Of a DNA stretch of 32,880 bases, positions 15,856-25,100 are shown piece by piece. The notes under the pieces are model-generated. The model was not told the DNA's origin. It saw nothing but the letters and a program-made list of their open reading frames with translations, and did not search any database. The stretch is taken from assembly GCA_964242315.1 (NCBI GenBank), contig CAXTDO010000003.1, positions 1 through 32,880 of the forward strand. The letters run 5' to 3'. Every line of letters begins with the position of its first letter. The first letter of the stretch is position 1. The translations under genes and the position numbers were made by a program. Origin of the DNA: an uncultured Flavihumibacter sp. Its GTDB lineage: Bacteria > Bacteroidota > Bacteroidia > Chitinophagales > Chitinophagaceae.

Positions 15856-17454
15856 ATGGATGAGCATCAGCATATAGATCATTTATTTCAAAAGGCTACA
15901 CAAAAGCATTCCGAGCTTCCGTCTGCTAAAGTGTGGGTAAATCTTGAAAAAGATTTACAAAAAAGAAATATGACATCTTTAACCAAAAAATATAAAAAAT
16001 GGAAGTGGGCCGCTTTACTGCTTTTTGTATTTTCAATTGCAATAGGTACTTATTGTTTTCTTATAACATGGAGATATAACAACACGGTTAAAAAACTGGA
16101 ATTACATGTTAAGCATCCTGGCAATAAAAGCAATTCATCATCTATTTCAGAGAATACCGGCCATTGGGATATTCAAAATAATCCCGGCAACTTACTAACC
16201 ATTAAAACAAAAAAGCAAACGCCCGCCATCGATAAAACTGACTCAAACATAGCCACAGCTTCAGGTTCGATTGCAGAAAGCGACACAATAAAAACCATAG
16301 AAAAGATTTACTCAGATATCAATAAAAAGGAACGAACAACATCCGGACATAATAAAAATTCCATTGTCTATAATAACCCGTTATCTGAGCAAAGAGTAAG
16401 TAATAGTCATTTATATAAGGCAACTGCACCACAACCCGGAAAAATAAAAAACATACAAAAAGGCAACACAATAGAAATGAGACCGGGTTACATTGAGCAT
16501 GACGCTCTTGCTTCCACAGGATTGCCATCAAAAAATAACATGGATTCAACAAGTACCAGCTTTTTAACCGCTGTATTACCAATAGAAAGAACCAGCGATC
16601 TTAAGGCTGCCTCAGTAGGCACTTCGCTGAATTTATTAGAAATAAATACAGATGCACTGATGACCTGGCTCAGCATCAACGGTGTTAACATAACCAAATC
16701 AGTTACCGGAAACGGATATAAATCGCACACAAGAAGTATCTACCAGGGAAATTATACAGCCGCTGTATACTATAGCCGGGACAAAGTATCAAATTATTTA
16801 ACTGCAAATCGTCCTGATTTCAGAGAGGATAATTACCAGCAAATAAAGAACCATGAAAAGAACAGGATTTCGAACACAACTCAGTTGCTGCTTTCACGAC
16901 GTATTGGTAGAAACTGGAGTGTCGGTTCCGGTATAGGCCACACTGTTTTGATTACGGACATTTACGCCAAACCGTTAGTTGCCCGCAGAGATAACAATGG
17001 TAATATAAACTACCGCATCAGTACATCATCGGGCTATGCTTACTATGCTATAAAAGCGTTGCCCCGCCCGGCAGCGGCTGATAGTCTACGTACCTTATCT
17101 TCAAAGAGCACCGTAAAATACCTTTCTGTTCCGGTAAGCCTTGCCTATCATACAAAGATCAGAAAATTCGGCCTTACGCCTGCCCTATTCGTATCGGCTA
17201 ATTTTAAAACAAGCGGAAAAATTATAACCGTTCAATCTCTTGAACATACGTATTCAAACAATATTCTGGGATTGAAATCCGGTTATTATGATGGAGGTAT
17301 GCAGTTGGGCCTCGACTATTATCTTAATAAAGCAATGGGAATAACGCTGGCCCCGTATGCCCGCTTTGCATTATCAGATGCAACGGAAACACGCCCTGTA
17401 ATAACCCGTCTCAACATTGTTGGTGTAGCCGCAGGAATAAATTTTCATTTGTAA
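15856..17454 (+). CDS. Sigma-coupled membrane protein: short cytoplasmic N-terminus, one TM helix, long polar linker, C-terminal porin-like beta-barrel region
   Basis: The ATG lies 2 nt after the sigma stop. The TM helix is WAALLLFVFSIAIGTYCFLITW (about aa 51-72). About 230 aa of S/N/T/K-rich low-complexity sequence follow. The last ~230 aa show alternating strands ending in VGVAAGINFHL, like OMP_b-brl_2 / PorT-type barrels. No zinc-finger anti-sigma motif. Confidence 0.65.
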   Translation: MDEHQHIDHLFQKATQKHSELPSAKVWVNLEKDLQKRNMTSLTKKYKKWKWAALLLFVFSIAIGTYCFLITWRYNNTVKKLELHVKHPGNKSNSSSISENTGHWDIQNNPGNLLTIKTKKQTPAIDKTDSNIATASGSIAESDTIKTIEKIYSDINKKERTTSGHNKNSIVYNNPLSEQRVSNSHLYKATAPQPGKIKNIQKGNTIEMRPGYIEHDALASTGLPSKNNMDSTSTSFLTAVLPIERTSDLKAASVGTSLNLLEINTDALMTWLSINGVNITKSVTGNGYKSHTRSIYQGNYTAAVYYSRDKVSNYLTANRPDFREDNYQQIKNHEKNRISNTTQLLLSRRIGRNWSVGSGIGHTVLITDIYAKPLVARRDNNGNINYRISTSSGYAYYAIKALPRPAAADSLRTLSSKSTVKYLSVPVSLAYHTKIRKFGLTPALFVSANFKTSGKIITVQSLEHTYSNNILGLKSGYYDGGMQLGLDYYLNKAMGITLAPYARFALSDATETRPVITRLNIVGVAAGINFHL

Positions 17455-17545
17455 ATACACAATATATATTAATCCTTACACAACCAAACTATCAATAGTG
17501 GGTCTCTTTCTTATAAGTATTCATTTTAAAACAAATTGCAAAGCC

Positions 17546-18430
17546 ATGATAAAATCCTTTACACTCTTCGTTTTTTGTATATTTTTTACCACCTCATACA
17601 TTCAGGCTAATACGATAACAGTCAAAGGTCATGTAACATTGACAAATGGCGCGCCGGCTAAAAACGTTACCGTTAAAATTGCCACATATTTTGTTTCAGC
17701 AAGCACCTCGTGTAGTGAGCAAACCACAGTCACCAATAATGATGGGTTTTATTCTAAGGAGATGACCTGTACCGGTGGCGACATAAAAAAATCCCGCCTT
17801 AGCGTGGTAAACTGCGATGGACAAATATTAGTGCAGGAAAAAGAAGTATCTTCCACAAAGGTTGTGGAAGTAAACTTTACTTTATGTATCGCCAGTGCCC
17901 CGACATGCGCCGCTACATTTACTTTTGAAAAATTGACGCCGAAAAAATTCCGCTTTAACAGTAGCAAAAGTACAATAACAGCCAATGATAATATAATTGA
18001 AAGGAAATGGAATTTTGGTGATGGCGCTGCAAGTAATGATATATCACCTGCACATGAGTTCCCCCATTACGGAAACTATGAAGTGTGTCTTTCTATTAAA
18101 ACAGCAAAAGGTTGTGAAAGCAAGGTGTGCGTGCCCGTTAAAGTAGAGGAGAACGCTCCAACAAATGATGCTCAGGTAACGGTTGTGTCACTTTATCCTG
18201 TTCCGGCTCATGAGAATGTAATGGCGGTTATTTATAGTAAGAACGATAACGTACAGGCCACGGTTTCAATAGTGGATATTTATGGTAAGGTGCAGTCGTC
18301 TCAGCAAGTAACGCTGCTACAGGGAAACAACTCCATTAAAACACGGGTTTACACGCTACCCGCAGGTTCTTATTACTATAAGATAACAACAAAATATGGT
18401 GCTTTAAGTAAGTCTTTTTACAAACTTTAA
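17546..18430 (+). CDS. Secreted PKD-domain protein with a T9SS C-terminal sorting domain
   Basis: Signal peptide from ATG 17546 (MIKSFTLFVFCIFFTTSYIQA). It has a CarboxypepD_reg-like N-domain (ITVKGHVTLTNGAPAKNVTVKI) and a PKD motif (WNFGDGAASNDISPAHEFPHYGNYEVCLSI). The C-terminus is a T9SS CTD (VSLYPVPAHENVMAV...LPAGSYYYKITT). Confidence 0.8.
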   Translation: MIKSFTLFVFCIFFTTSYIQANTITVKGHVTLTNGAPAKNVTVKIATYFVSASTSCSEQTTVTNNDGFYSKEMTCTGGDIKKSRLSVVNCDGQILVQEKEVSSTKVVEVNFTLCIASAPTCAATFTFEKLTPKKFRFNSSKSTITANDNIIERKWNFGDGAASNDISPAHEFPHYGNYEVCLSIKTAKGCESKVCVPVKVEENAPTNDAQVTVVSLYPVPAHENVMAVIYSKNDNVQATVSIVDIYGKVQSSQQVTLLQGNNSIKTRVYTLPAGSYYYKITTKYGALSKSFYKL

Positions 18431-18453
18431 TCCTTTTAAGGTGATAATTTTCT

Positions 18454-18498
18454 TTTGTCATCTCAAAAAGCACAAAGCCTGCTTTTTGAGATGACAAA
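18454..18498 (+). terminator. Hairpin terminator candidate after the PKD/T9SS gene
   Basis: 18454-18471 is perfectly complementary to 18481-18498 (18 bp, 9-nt loop), starting 24 nt after the stop at 18430. There is no U-tract. Confidence 0.5.
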
Positions 18499-18651
18499 CT
18501 ATATTGGCATTCTTTCTCACACATATTATAAGCAACAACTTCTGGCCTACCGCATACTTATGTGGTTGATGTAATATTGAAATAACAGACATTTATGTAA
18601 TGGTATCATACCAGCACTTAAATTTACTTTAAGGTCTATATTTTGATTAAC

Positions 18652-19488
18652 ATGAACAGGACAATTATAATAACATTCGTTTGCATACATGCTTTGTTGT
18701 ATGCTCATGCACAACATTCGGGAACCGAACTGATTAAAGCAGAAAAATCATTCGCCAGAATGGCAATTGAAAAAAGCGTACGCGATGCCTTTTTAGCCAA
18801 TATGTGCGATAAGTCTGTAATTGACGTTCAGGGACAATTTGTTAAAGGAATTCCGGTATATGAAAAGCGTATAGCTGATACTTCCGGAAAATTAATCTGG
18901 GCACCTACATTTGGTGCTATTGCCGCTTCAGGTGATCTTGGTTATACCACGGGACCGTGGATTTACCGTATGGCCGGTAAAGACGTAGCATTTGGAAATT
19001 TTGCAACAGTCTGGCAAAAACAGCCCGATGGTCATTGGAAATTTTTAATTGACCTCGGCAACTCTTATGATCCGCCGGAAGAAGAACAGGACACAATGCA
19101 GTTGATTGAACCGGATAAAAATATTGCATCATTAAAGGCAACTACAGATTTGATGGCAGTTGATGAATCATTTGCGGATGCCATGAATAAAGGTTCCACT
19201 GCTTTATACAAAAAATACTTACACCCCGGCGCACATATTCTCCGCGCACACATGAAGCCTTTTGTAACAGCGGCTTCAAAAGAGGTTCTTGAATTAAAAA
19301 GACAGCATATTATTTTTCAGCCGCAACAATCTTATACTGCCTCTTCCAACGACTTAGGGGTAGTGTATGGTGTTTGTCAGATGGTTCCGGTTTCAAATGA
19401 GAAAACCGTTTCCTCCTCTGTATACATGCATGTATGGCGGAGAGATAGACAAGAAGGATGGCAGTTGTTGCATGAAACGATTAAGTGA
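18652..19488 (+). CDS. Secreted protein with two SnoaL/NTF2-like (DUF4440-like) halves
   Basis: The ATG at 18652 gives the signal MNRTIIITFVCIHALLYAHAQ. The patterns AEKSFARMAIEKSVRDAFL...WQKQPDGHWKFLIDLGN and a second half ending WRRDRQEGWQLLHETI resemble NTF2-fold DUF4440 proteins. This call is from memory of the fold pattern only. Confidence 0.5.
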   Translation: MNRTIIITFVCIHALLYAHAQHSGTELIKAEKSFARMAIEKSVRDAFLANMCDKSVIDVQGQFVKGIPVYEKRIADTSGKLIWAPTFGAIAASGDLGYTTGPWIYRMAGKDVAFGNFATVWQKQPDGHWKFLIDLGNSYDPPEEEQDTMQLIEPDKNIASLKATTDLMAVDESFADAMNKGSTALYKKYLHPGAHILRAHMKPFVTAASKEVLELKRQHIIFQPQQSYTASSNDLGVVYGVCQMVPVSNEKTVSSSVYMHVWRRDRQEGWQLLHETIK

Positions 19489-19530
19489 ATGGTTTATGAA
19501 ATGCATATGAGTTAAACTAATAACGTAGGC

Positions 19531-21558
19531 TTACCTGCTACCTGAAACAATCGCCGCAGTGGAGTTATTTTTATTCATTGGTATTTTAATCACTGAAAAA
19601 GAATATGGTTCCAGTATCATATCAAGGTTTTTACCTTTTACCTGAATCGGCTTTGTTACAGGACTTACTTCAGTGGGATTTGAAAATGAATTGACTTTTT
19701 CTAAAGAGTTTCCTTTTAATATGGTAACAGATCCTTCACGCGAGAGCTTACTTTCTCCGTCAAGAAACAGGCTGGTGCTTTTTTCTTTACCTGAAGCATT
19801 CACCAGTTTGATGATTAATTCATGGGTATTGTTATCTATCGTTGCAGAGGCATATAAGCTGTCTTCCCCTGCAATAGCCTTGTTATTCATTTCTATAGGC
19901 ACCACGTTTGTTCCTTTGTTGGTAGAATATAACTTTTGAACAAAGTAATTAGGCGTACCATAAGTTTGAAGGTTGTCGACCCAGATGAGATCGGGGGTCC
20001 ATTGCCATCCGTCTACATGAGCAAACAACGGGGCATAAGATGCCATCTGCACCACATCGGCATTGCGTTCCAGGCCTGTCATGAAAGCTGCTTCTGCAAT
20101 GGCCGTCTGCCAGTTGTTTTTATTGTTTACACTTACTGTTTTATCGCTTTGTGCAGCATATTCTCCTGCAAACACTTTCGATCCTTTTTTATCATAGTTG
20201 TCATAACGTTTGGCATTCTCCAAAAACCATTCGGGACGGCGGTAGTAATGTTCATCAATGAAGTCGGCATGCATCTTTCTCAGTTCACCATTCAGGTAAT
20301 CAAACCTTTCGCCGTTAGGGTCAGTGCCGGAACTATTGATTAATTTAAAATCGGGGTATCTGTCTTTGATAGCTTTTGTAAATATTTTAAGGCGCTCTAC
20401 ATATTGCGGTCCCCAGTTCTCATTGCCTACGCCCATCATCTTTAAGTTAAAAGGTGCGGGATGGCCGAGACCTGCTCTTATTTTGCCCCAGGCAGAGGTG
20501 GTACTTCCGTTTGCAAATTCTATCAGGTCTAAAGCATCCTGTACATAAGGGTCTAACTGATCAAGGGGAACCACTTCAGCAGTATTGAACTGGCAGGCCA
20601 TTCCGCAGTTCAGTATAGGTAAGGGTGCCGCGCCAATGTCTTCTGCCAGTTGAAGATATTCAAAGAAGCCAAGGCCGAAAGATTGAAAATAATCGGGTGC
20701 AGGCCGGTGTGCAAATTCGCTGTTCCACCTGTTTACAATTAACTGGCGTTCTTCCAGAAGCCCGATGGTTTTTTTCCATTGATAGCGAACTGCAAGGTCA
20801 TGGCCTTCTACTATACAACCGCCGGGAAAGCGGATAAAGCCTGGTTTAAGGTCAGCAAGTTTCTGCACCATATCTGCACGCATTCCTCCCGGCCTGTTTT
20901 TCCAGGTGTCCTGCGGAAAAAGTGAGATCATATCAAGATCAGTAGTTCCTTTACCTTCAATTCCTATCTTTAATTTGGCTTTAGGTTCAGTAGCTGTTGC
21001 CTTAAAGCTTACCGATTGTTTTTGCCAGGTGTTTACACTGCCGGCAGGCGTTAAGGAAGTACTGCCAATGATGTCGCCGTTGGCATTCACCAGTTCCACA
21101 TTCAGTGTTATGCCGGGCTGTTGCTGGCGATACATCACTGAGAAATCATACCCCACACCATTTTTAATACCCATCCCTTTAAAGCCTTCATTGGTGATAG
21201 CAAGATCGCCTTTTGCACCAAATAAAGAATTAACACGAAGGAACCTCGGATTGGCTGTGTTGGCTTCCTGCCTGTTTACCACCAGCATATCCCCTTCCGT
21301 ATGATGTTTACCGCTGATGGTCCATCCCATCAGCGGATTATAAAACTCAAAAGACCTGTTCTTTACCAGTTCGGCATATAAACCACCATCAGCACCCATA
21401 TTAATATCTTCAAAAAAAATACCCCACATGGTTGGCTGAACGGCTGCAGTGGGCTTGTCGAACTTTACTGCTATTTTATTCTTTACCTGCGCCGCCGATT
21501 TGAAAGGAACAAGCATACTAATAAAAACCGCTGCAATTAGTAACATTTTTTCGATCAT
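19531..21558 (-). CDS. GH51 alpha-L-arabinofuranosidase with an N-terminal CBM4_9-like domain
   Basis: GH51 hallmarks are present: N-terminal WGIFFEDINMGADGGLYAELVKNRSFE, the acid/base motif GVGNENWG and the nucleophile region VFAGEYA. The start is ambiguous between ATG 21558 and ATG 21546; both precede the signal peptide LLIAAVFISMLVPFKSAAQ. Confidence 0.85.
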   Translation of the reverse strand: MIEKMLLIAAVFISMLVPFKSAAQVKNKIAVKFDKPTAAVQPTMWGIFFEDINMGADGGLYAELVKNRSFEFYNPLMGWTISGKHHTEGDMLVVNRQEANTANPRFLRVNSLFGAKGDLAITNEGFKGMGIKNGVGYDFSVMYRQQQPGITLNVELVNANGDIIGSTSLTPAGSVNTWQKQSVSFKATATEPKAKLKIGIEGKGTTDLDMISLFPQDTWKNRPGGMRADMVQKLADLKPGFIRFPGGCIVEGHDLAVRYQWKKTIGLLEERQLIVNRWNSEFAHRPAPDYFQSFGLGFFEYLQLAEDIGAAPLPILNCGMACQFNTAEVVPLDQLDPYVQDALDLIEFANGSTTSAWGKIRAGLGHPAPFNLKMMGVGNENWGPQYVERLKIFTKAIKDRYPDFKLINSSGTDPNGERFDYLNGELRKMHADFIDEHYYRRPEWFLENAKRYDNYDKKGSKVFAGEYAAQSDKTVSVNNKNNWQTAIAEAAFMTGLERNADVVQMASYAPLFAHVDGWQWTPDLIWVDNLQTYGTPNYFVQKLYSTNKGTNVVPIEMNNKAIAGEDSLYASATIDNNTHELIIKLVNASGKEKSTSLFLDGESKLSREGSVTILKGNSLEKVNSFSNPTEVSPVTKPIQVKGKNLDMILEPYSFSVIKIPMNKNNSTAAIVSGSR

Positions 21559-21732
21559 GACTTCTTTAATTTTTGTAAATCCGTTTAATTCCAAATAGTA
21601 ATATAAAGATTTGTTATCAATTAATATCGTTGACTTAGGAACTTCGAAGTAATCTTTTCTATTTAAAAGTACAATTGTGTATGGGTGTTTGCGTTACTTA
21701 CGATTAAAAGATTAATAGATGAAGGTAAAAGC

Positions 21733-21933
21733 CAGCGACCTATAAGGTTTAGATTGTTCGGTCCTATACCACCGGTTCAACCTTCTAGGTCTAAAATCAT
21801 GGTATTGCCTTCTATTAAACGAGTAACTGTGCAGTCGTAAAACTGACAACTGGCACGACCTTGCCATCAAACCTATAAGGTTGAACCGGTGGTGTAAGAC
21901 CTAACAATTCAAACCTTATAGATTAGGTCGCTG
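21733..21933. repeat. 201-nt nested inverted-repeat element of the GACCTATAAGGTTT family
   Basis: Arms 21733-21790 and 21871-21933 pair at about 50 of 58 positions, with a 5-nt bulge at 21921-21925, around an 80-nt centre. Each arm is itself a hairpin unit bounded by ACCTATAAGGTT and AACCTT(A/C)TAG(G/A)T. The termini are identical to the 1110-1144 element. Confidence 0.85.
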
Positions 21934-22112
21934 CAATAAAAACTGTACCAAGAACTCTATGGACTTTTGAACAGACTCCCTATAAGTCTGAACGCTTATC
22001 CGGCATTCACGTTAATTACTACATTGTCATAGTAATTTTTCCCGGGTTTACTAATTCAATACCCCTATTTATCTGTTATACGCACAAGACTGCTGGTAAT
22101 TATTCGTTAGTG

Positions 22113-22120
22113 TAATTTTG
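22113..22120 (+). promoter_or_regulatory. Candidate Bacteroidota -7 promoter box (TAnnTTTG)
   Basis: TAATTTTG matches the consensus exactly, 40 nt upstream of ATG 22160. It overlaps the TTG at 22118 used by the ORF track, which argues for the 22160 start. Confidence 0.3.
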
Positions 22121-22159
22121 AGTTACGTTGCATTATTTCCGGTCGGCAATTCCAATCCT

Positions 22160-25100
22160 ATGAAAAAAATTTACGCTTTCTGTATTTATTATTCCTTGTT
22201 TTCCCACTCTCAGGTCATAGGGCAATCATCAAACAATGCATTACGCTTTAATGGCAGTGCTAATGCAGCAGGAAGTTACATAGAGATCCCGGATCGCCGC
22301 AATCATATGGAATTTACAGAAGGAACGGTTGAAATGTGGCTGAAGCCATTGTTTACGACATACAATCGCTGTTTCTTCTCAGAAAAAACAGATACAGGAA
22401 CCCGGTTTAGCCTGCACATGGCTGCTAATAATACTATCGGAATATGGAATGGCGCCACCTATTCCACTGTTCCTTTCCCTTTCTCTTTTAATACATGGGT
22501 GCATGTGTCTGTCATAATTACAACTTTGAAAGCAGACATTTATTTAAACGGAGTTTTTCTCAACAGGATTAGCACCGGTCTCAACAATGCAGTATCATCA
22601 ACGACACCTCGTATAGGCGCTACAGGCGACATTGTTTCCAATGAAAATTGGCAAGGCTTGATAGATGAGGTCAGGATTTGGAACGTTGAAAGAACAGGTG
22701 TACAGATAATGTCTGATATGAATGATATTACAACTGTTAATAATCCTGATCTTCTTGCATATTATGATTTTAACCAGGGAGTAAGCAATGGCAACAATGC
22801 TACTATCACCAATGCTTTTGACCGCAGTCCGAATTTACAAAACGGTACGTTGAAAAATTTTGCGCTCACTGCCGGCAGCACTTCCAATTTCCTGGAACAC
22901 AACAATGTGTTATTGATTGATCCACCGGTGAATTTGTTTGTGGATGGAGGAGTAACCAACAGCGGCGATGGAACAAGCTGGGGAACATCAAAGAAAACCG
23001 TTACTGAGGCGCTAACTCTTGCTAACGCAGGCACTGTAGCATATACTATTTATGTTGCTAAAGGCACTTACAAACCCGGCAGTCAAAGAACGAGTTCATT
23101 TACTATTACAAGGGATTCCATTCAGTTACTAGGCGGTTACTACGGCAACGAGACCGACCTCTCTGTTCGTAACCCTAAATACAACGCTACGATTCTCAGT
23201 GGTGATATCGGCATAATAAATAATAACAGCGACAACTGCAACCATGTGTTGTTGATGGTGGCTGCGTCAGGAAGGCAATTAACCAATGCCACCGTTGTAG
23301 ACGGATTTACCATCATAGGCGGATATGCCCAGGGTGCCCCCGGCGCTATGGTTAATGGTAAACTCATTAATGCAACTTCAGGGGCTGGCATTATGTTAGA
23401 TGGATCGGGAGCGGGAAATGCGTGTAGTCCGAAAATAAACGATTGCATTTTTTTAAACAATCTTTCTCTGGGTGAATTCATCAACGTTGAATTTTTTGTG
23501 GGTCAGATACCTGCTAAAGGCGGAGCGATATCCATAAAAGCAGATAATTACGGCAAAGCAAACCCCGAAATTACAAACTGTGTTTTTCGGGGCAATGGAG
23601 GTGATATCATGCAGGGCGCCGTTGTTTTTACAGACTGTCAAGATCATGGCATGAGTAATCCTTTGATAAGCAATTGTGTTTTTACCGGAAATATAGGAAG
23701 CAGTGAAATGATTTATGATAACGCCGCTGAAGCCGGTATCAGTAACCTGTCAATTGTAAATTGTACTTTTTATAACAACACTCCATATAACCTGATAACC
23801 CCATATGGTTATAATGGAAACCTTCTTGTTTCTATAACGAACTGTATCATCCAGCGTGGCAGCCAGGGTATTTATGATGAAAGTGAATCTACTGTGTATG
23901 ACATTAATCACACAACATCACAGTATGGTTATGAAGGTAATAACAATACCGCTTCTTCTGAATACAGTTATTTCACCAACCCATCAAATCCTATAGGTGC
24001 AGACGGTATCTGGCGTACCGCAGATGATGGTTTAACGCTCAAATCCTGCGCTACTGCCATCAACAGTGGAAATAATTCTATGGCATCGATCACCGACATT
24101 ACAGGGCATACAAGAATAGTAAATACTGTTATAGATAGAGGGGCCTATGAAGGTTTAGCCAATGTAATTATCCTTTCATCACAGGCTGTAAACAATCAAT
24201 CTTTTATACAAGACGGTTGTACCGGCAATACATGGACTTATTATGCAATTCCGGGTCAGCCTGGAAAACTTTCATTCGCAATAAGCTGGGGCGCTGCAAA
24301 CACGGCAGCCCGTAATTCAGCAACTATTAATGTAAATACTGATAACGCAAACACGGTGCAGACTACCGCATCCAAAGGAATTGCGGCAATGCTACGGTAT
24401 TGGAATGTTGATTTGCATGGAGTGCGACTAAATGCACCGGTAAGTGTTCGTTTCTATTACGACGAAACTGATATTTATAATATGAAGACTTCACTAAATG
24501 ATATTGGCCCGGTTTCAGAAGTTACATGGATCAGTAATATTGGCAATCCTTATTCACCTTCGCAGGTAACAACAGACAATATTAATAATGGTAATTATTC
24601 AGTTTTAGTTCCGGCTGTTGAAGGTGTTCAGGATGGTATCTCTTTTGTTGAGTTCGCCGGTATTAATGTCCTGACAGGCGGAACGGCAACAGTAACCGCG
24701 GCCGCTGATATTTTACCAGTAACCCTTAACAGCTTTACAGTTACACCAAAAGACTGTCAGATGCTTTTAACATGGAAAGTTTCCGGGGCGGTTAATTTTA
24801 AACAGTATGAACTACAGAGGAGTGAAAACGGCACCAACTTTATTACCCTCGCCACAGTAGCGCATAACAACGAGCAATCGTTGTACCGGTATACTGACGC
24901 TACTTTATCAAGTTCCGGTAATTATTTATACCGCCTGAAACTCGTAGACATAGACGGCAACTACAAAGTCTCAGTGATACAGGCTGCCCGTTACAATTGT
25001 GAAACAGGCAAGAATAGTATGATCGTTTTTCCGAACCCGGTTATTGCTGCATGCACCGTTCAATTAGCGACTAACATGCGAAACGTATCCGTAACGTTAT

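Noticed and set aside
19936-21304. Plus-strand ORFs of 135, 74, 70 and 132 aa
   Set aside because: All are antisense to the GH51 gene, whose catalytic motifs are intact on the minus strand. I treat them as shadow ORFs.
21770-21790. tRNA-like GGTTCAA (T-loop-like) sequence
   Set aside because: No flanking T-stem, acceptor stem or anticodon arm can be drawn. The motif is part of the inverted-repeat arm.
21733-21933. Calling the nested inverted repeat a MITE
   Set aside because: I found no target-site duplication at the flanks (left ...GGTAAAAGC, right CAATAAAAAC...) and no transposase in the window. I keep it as a repeat, with mobility only a hypothesis.
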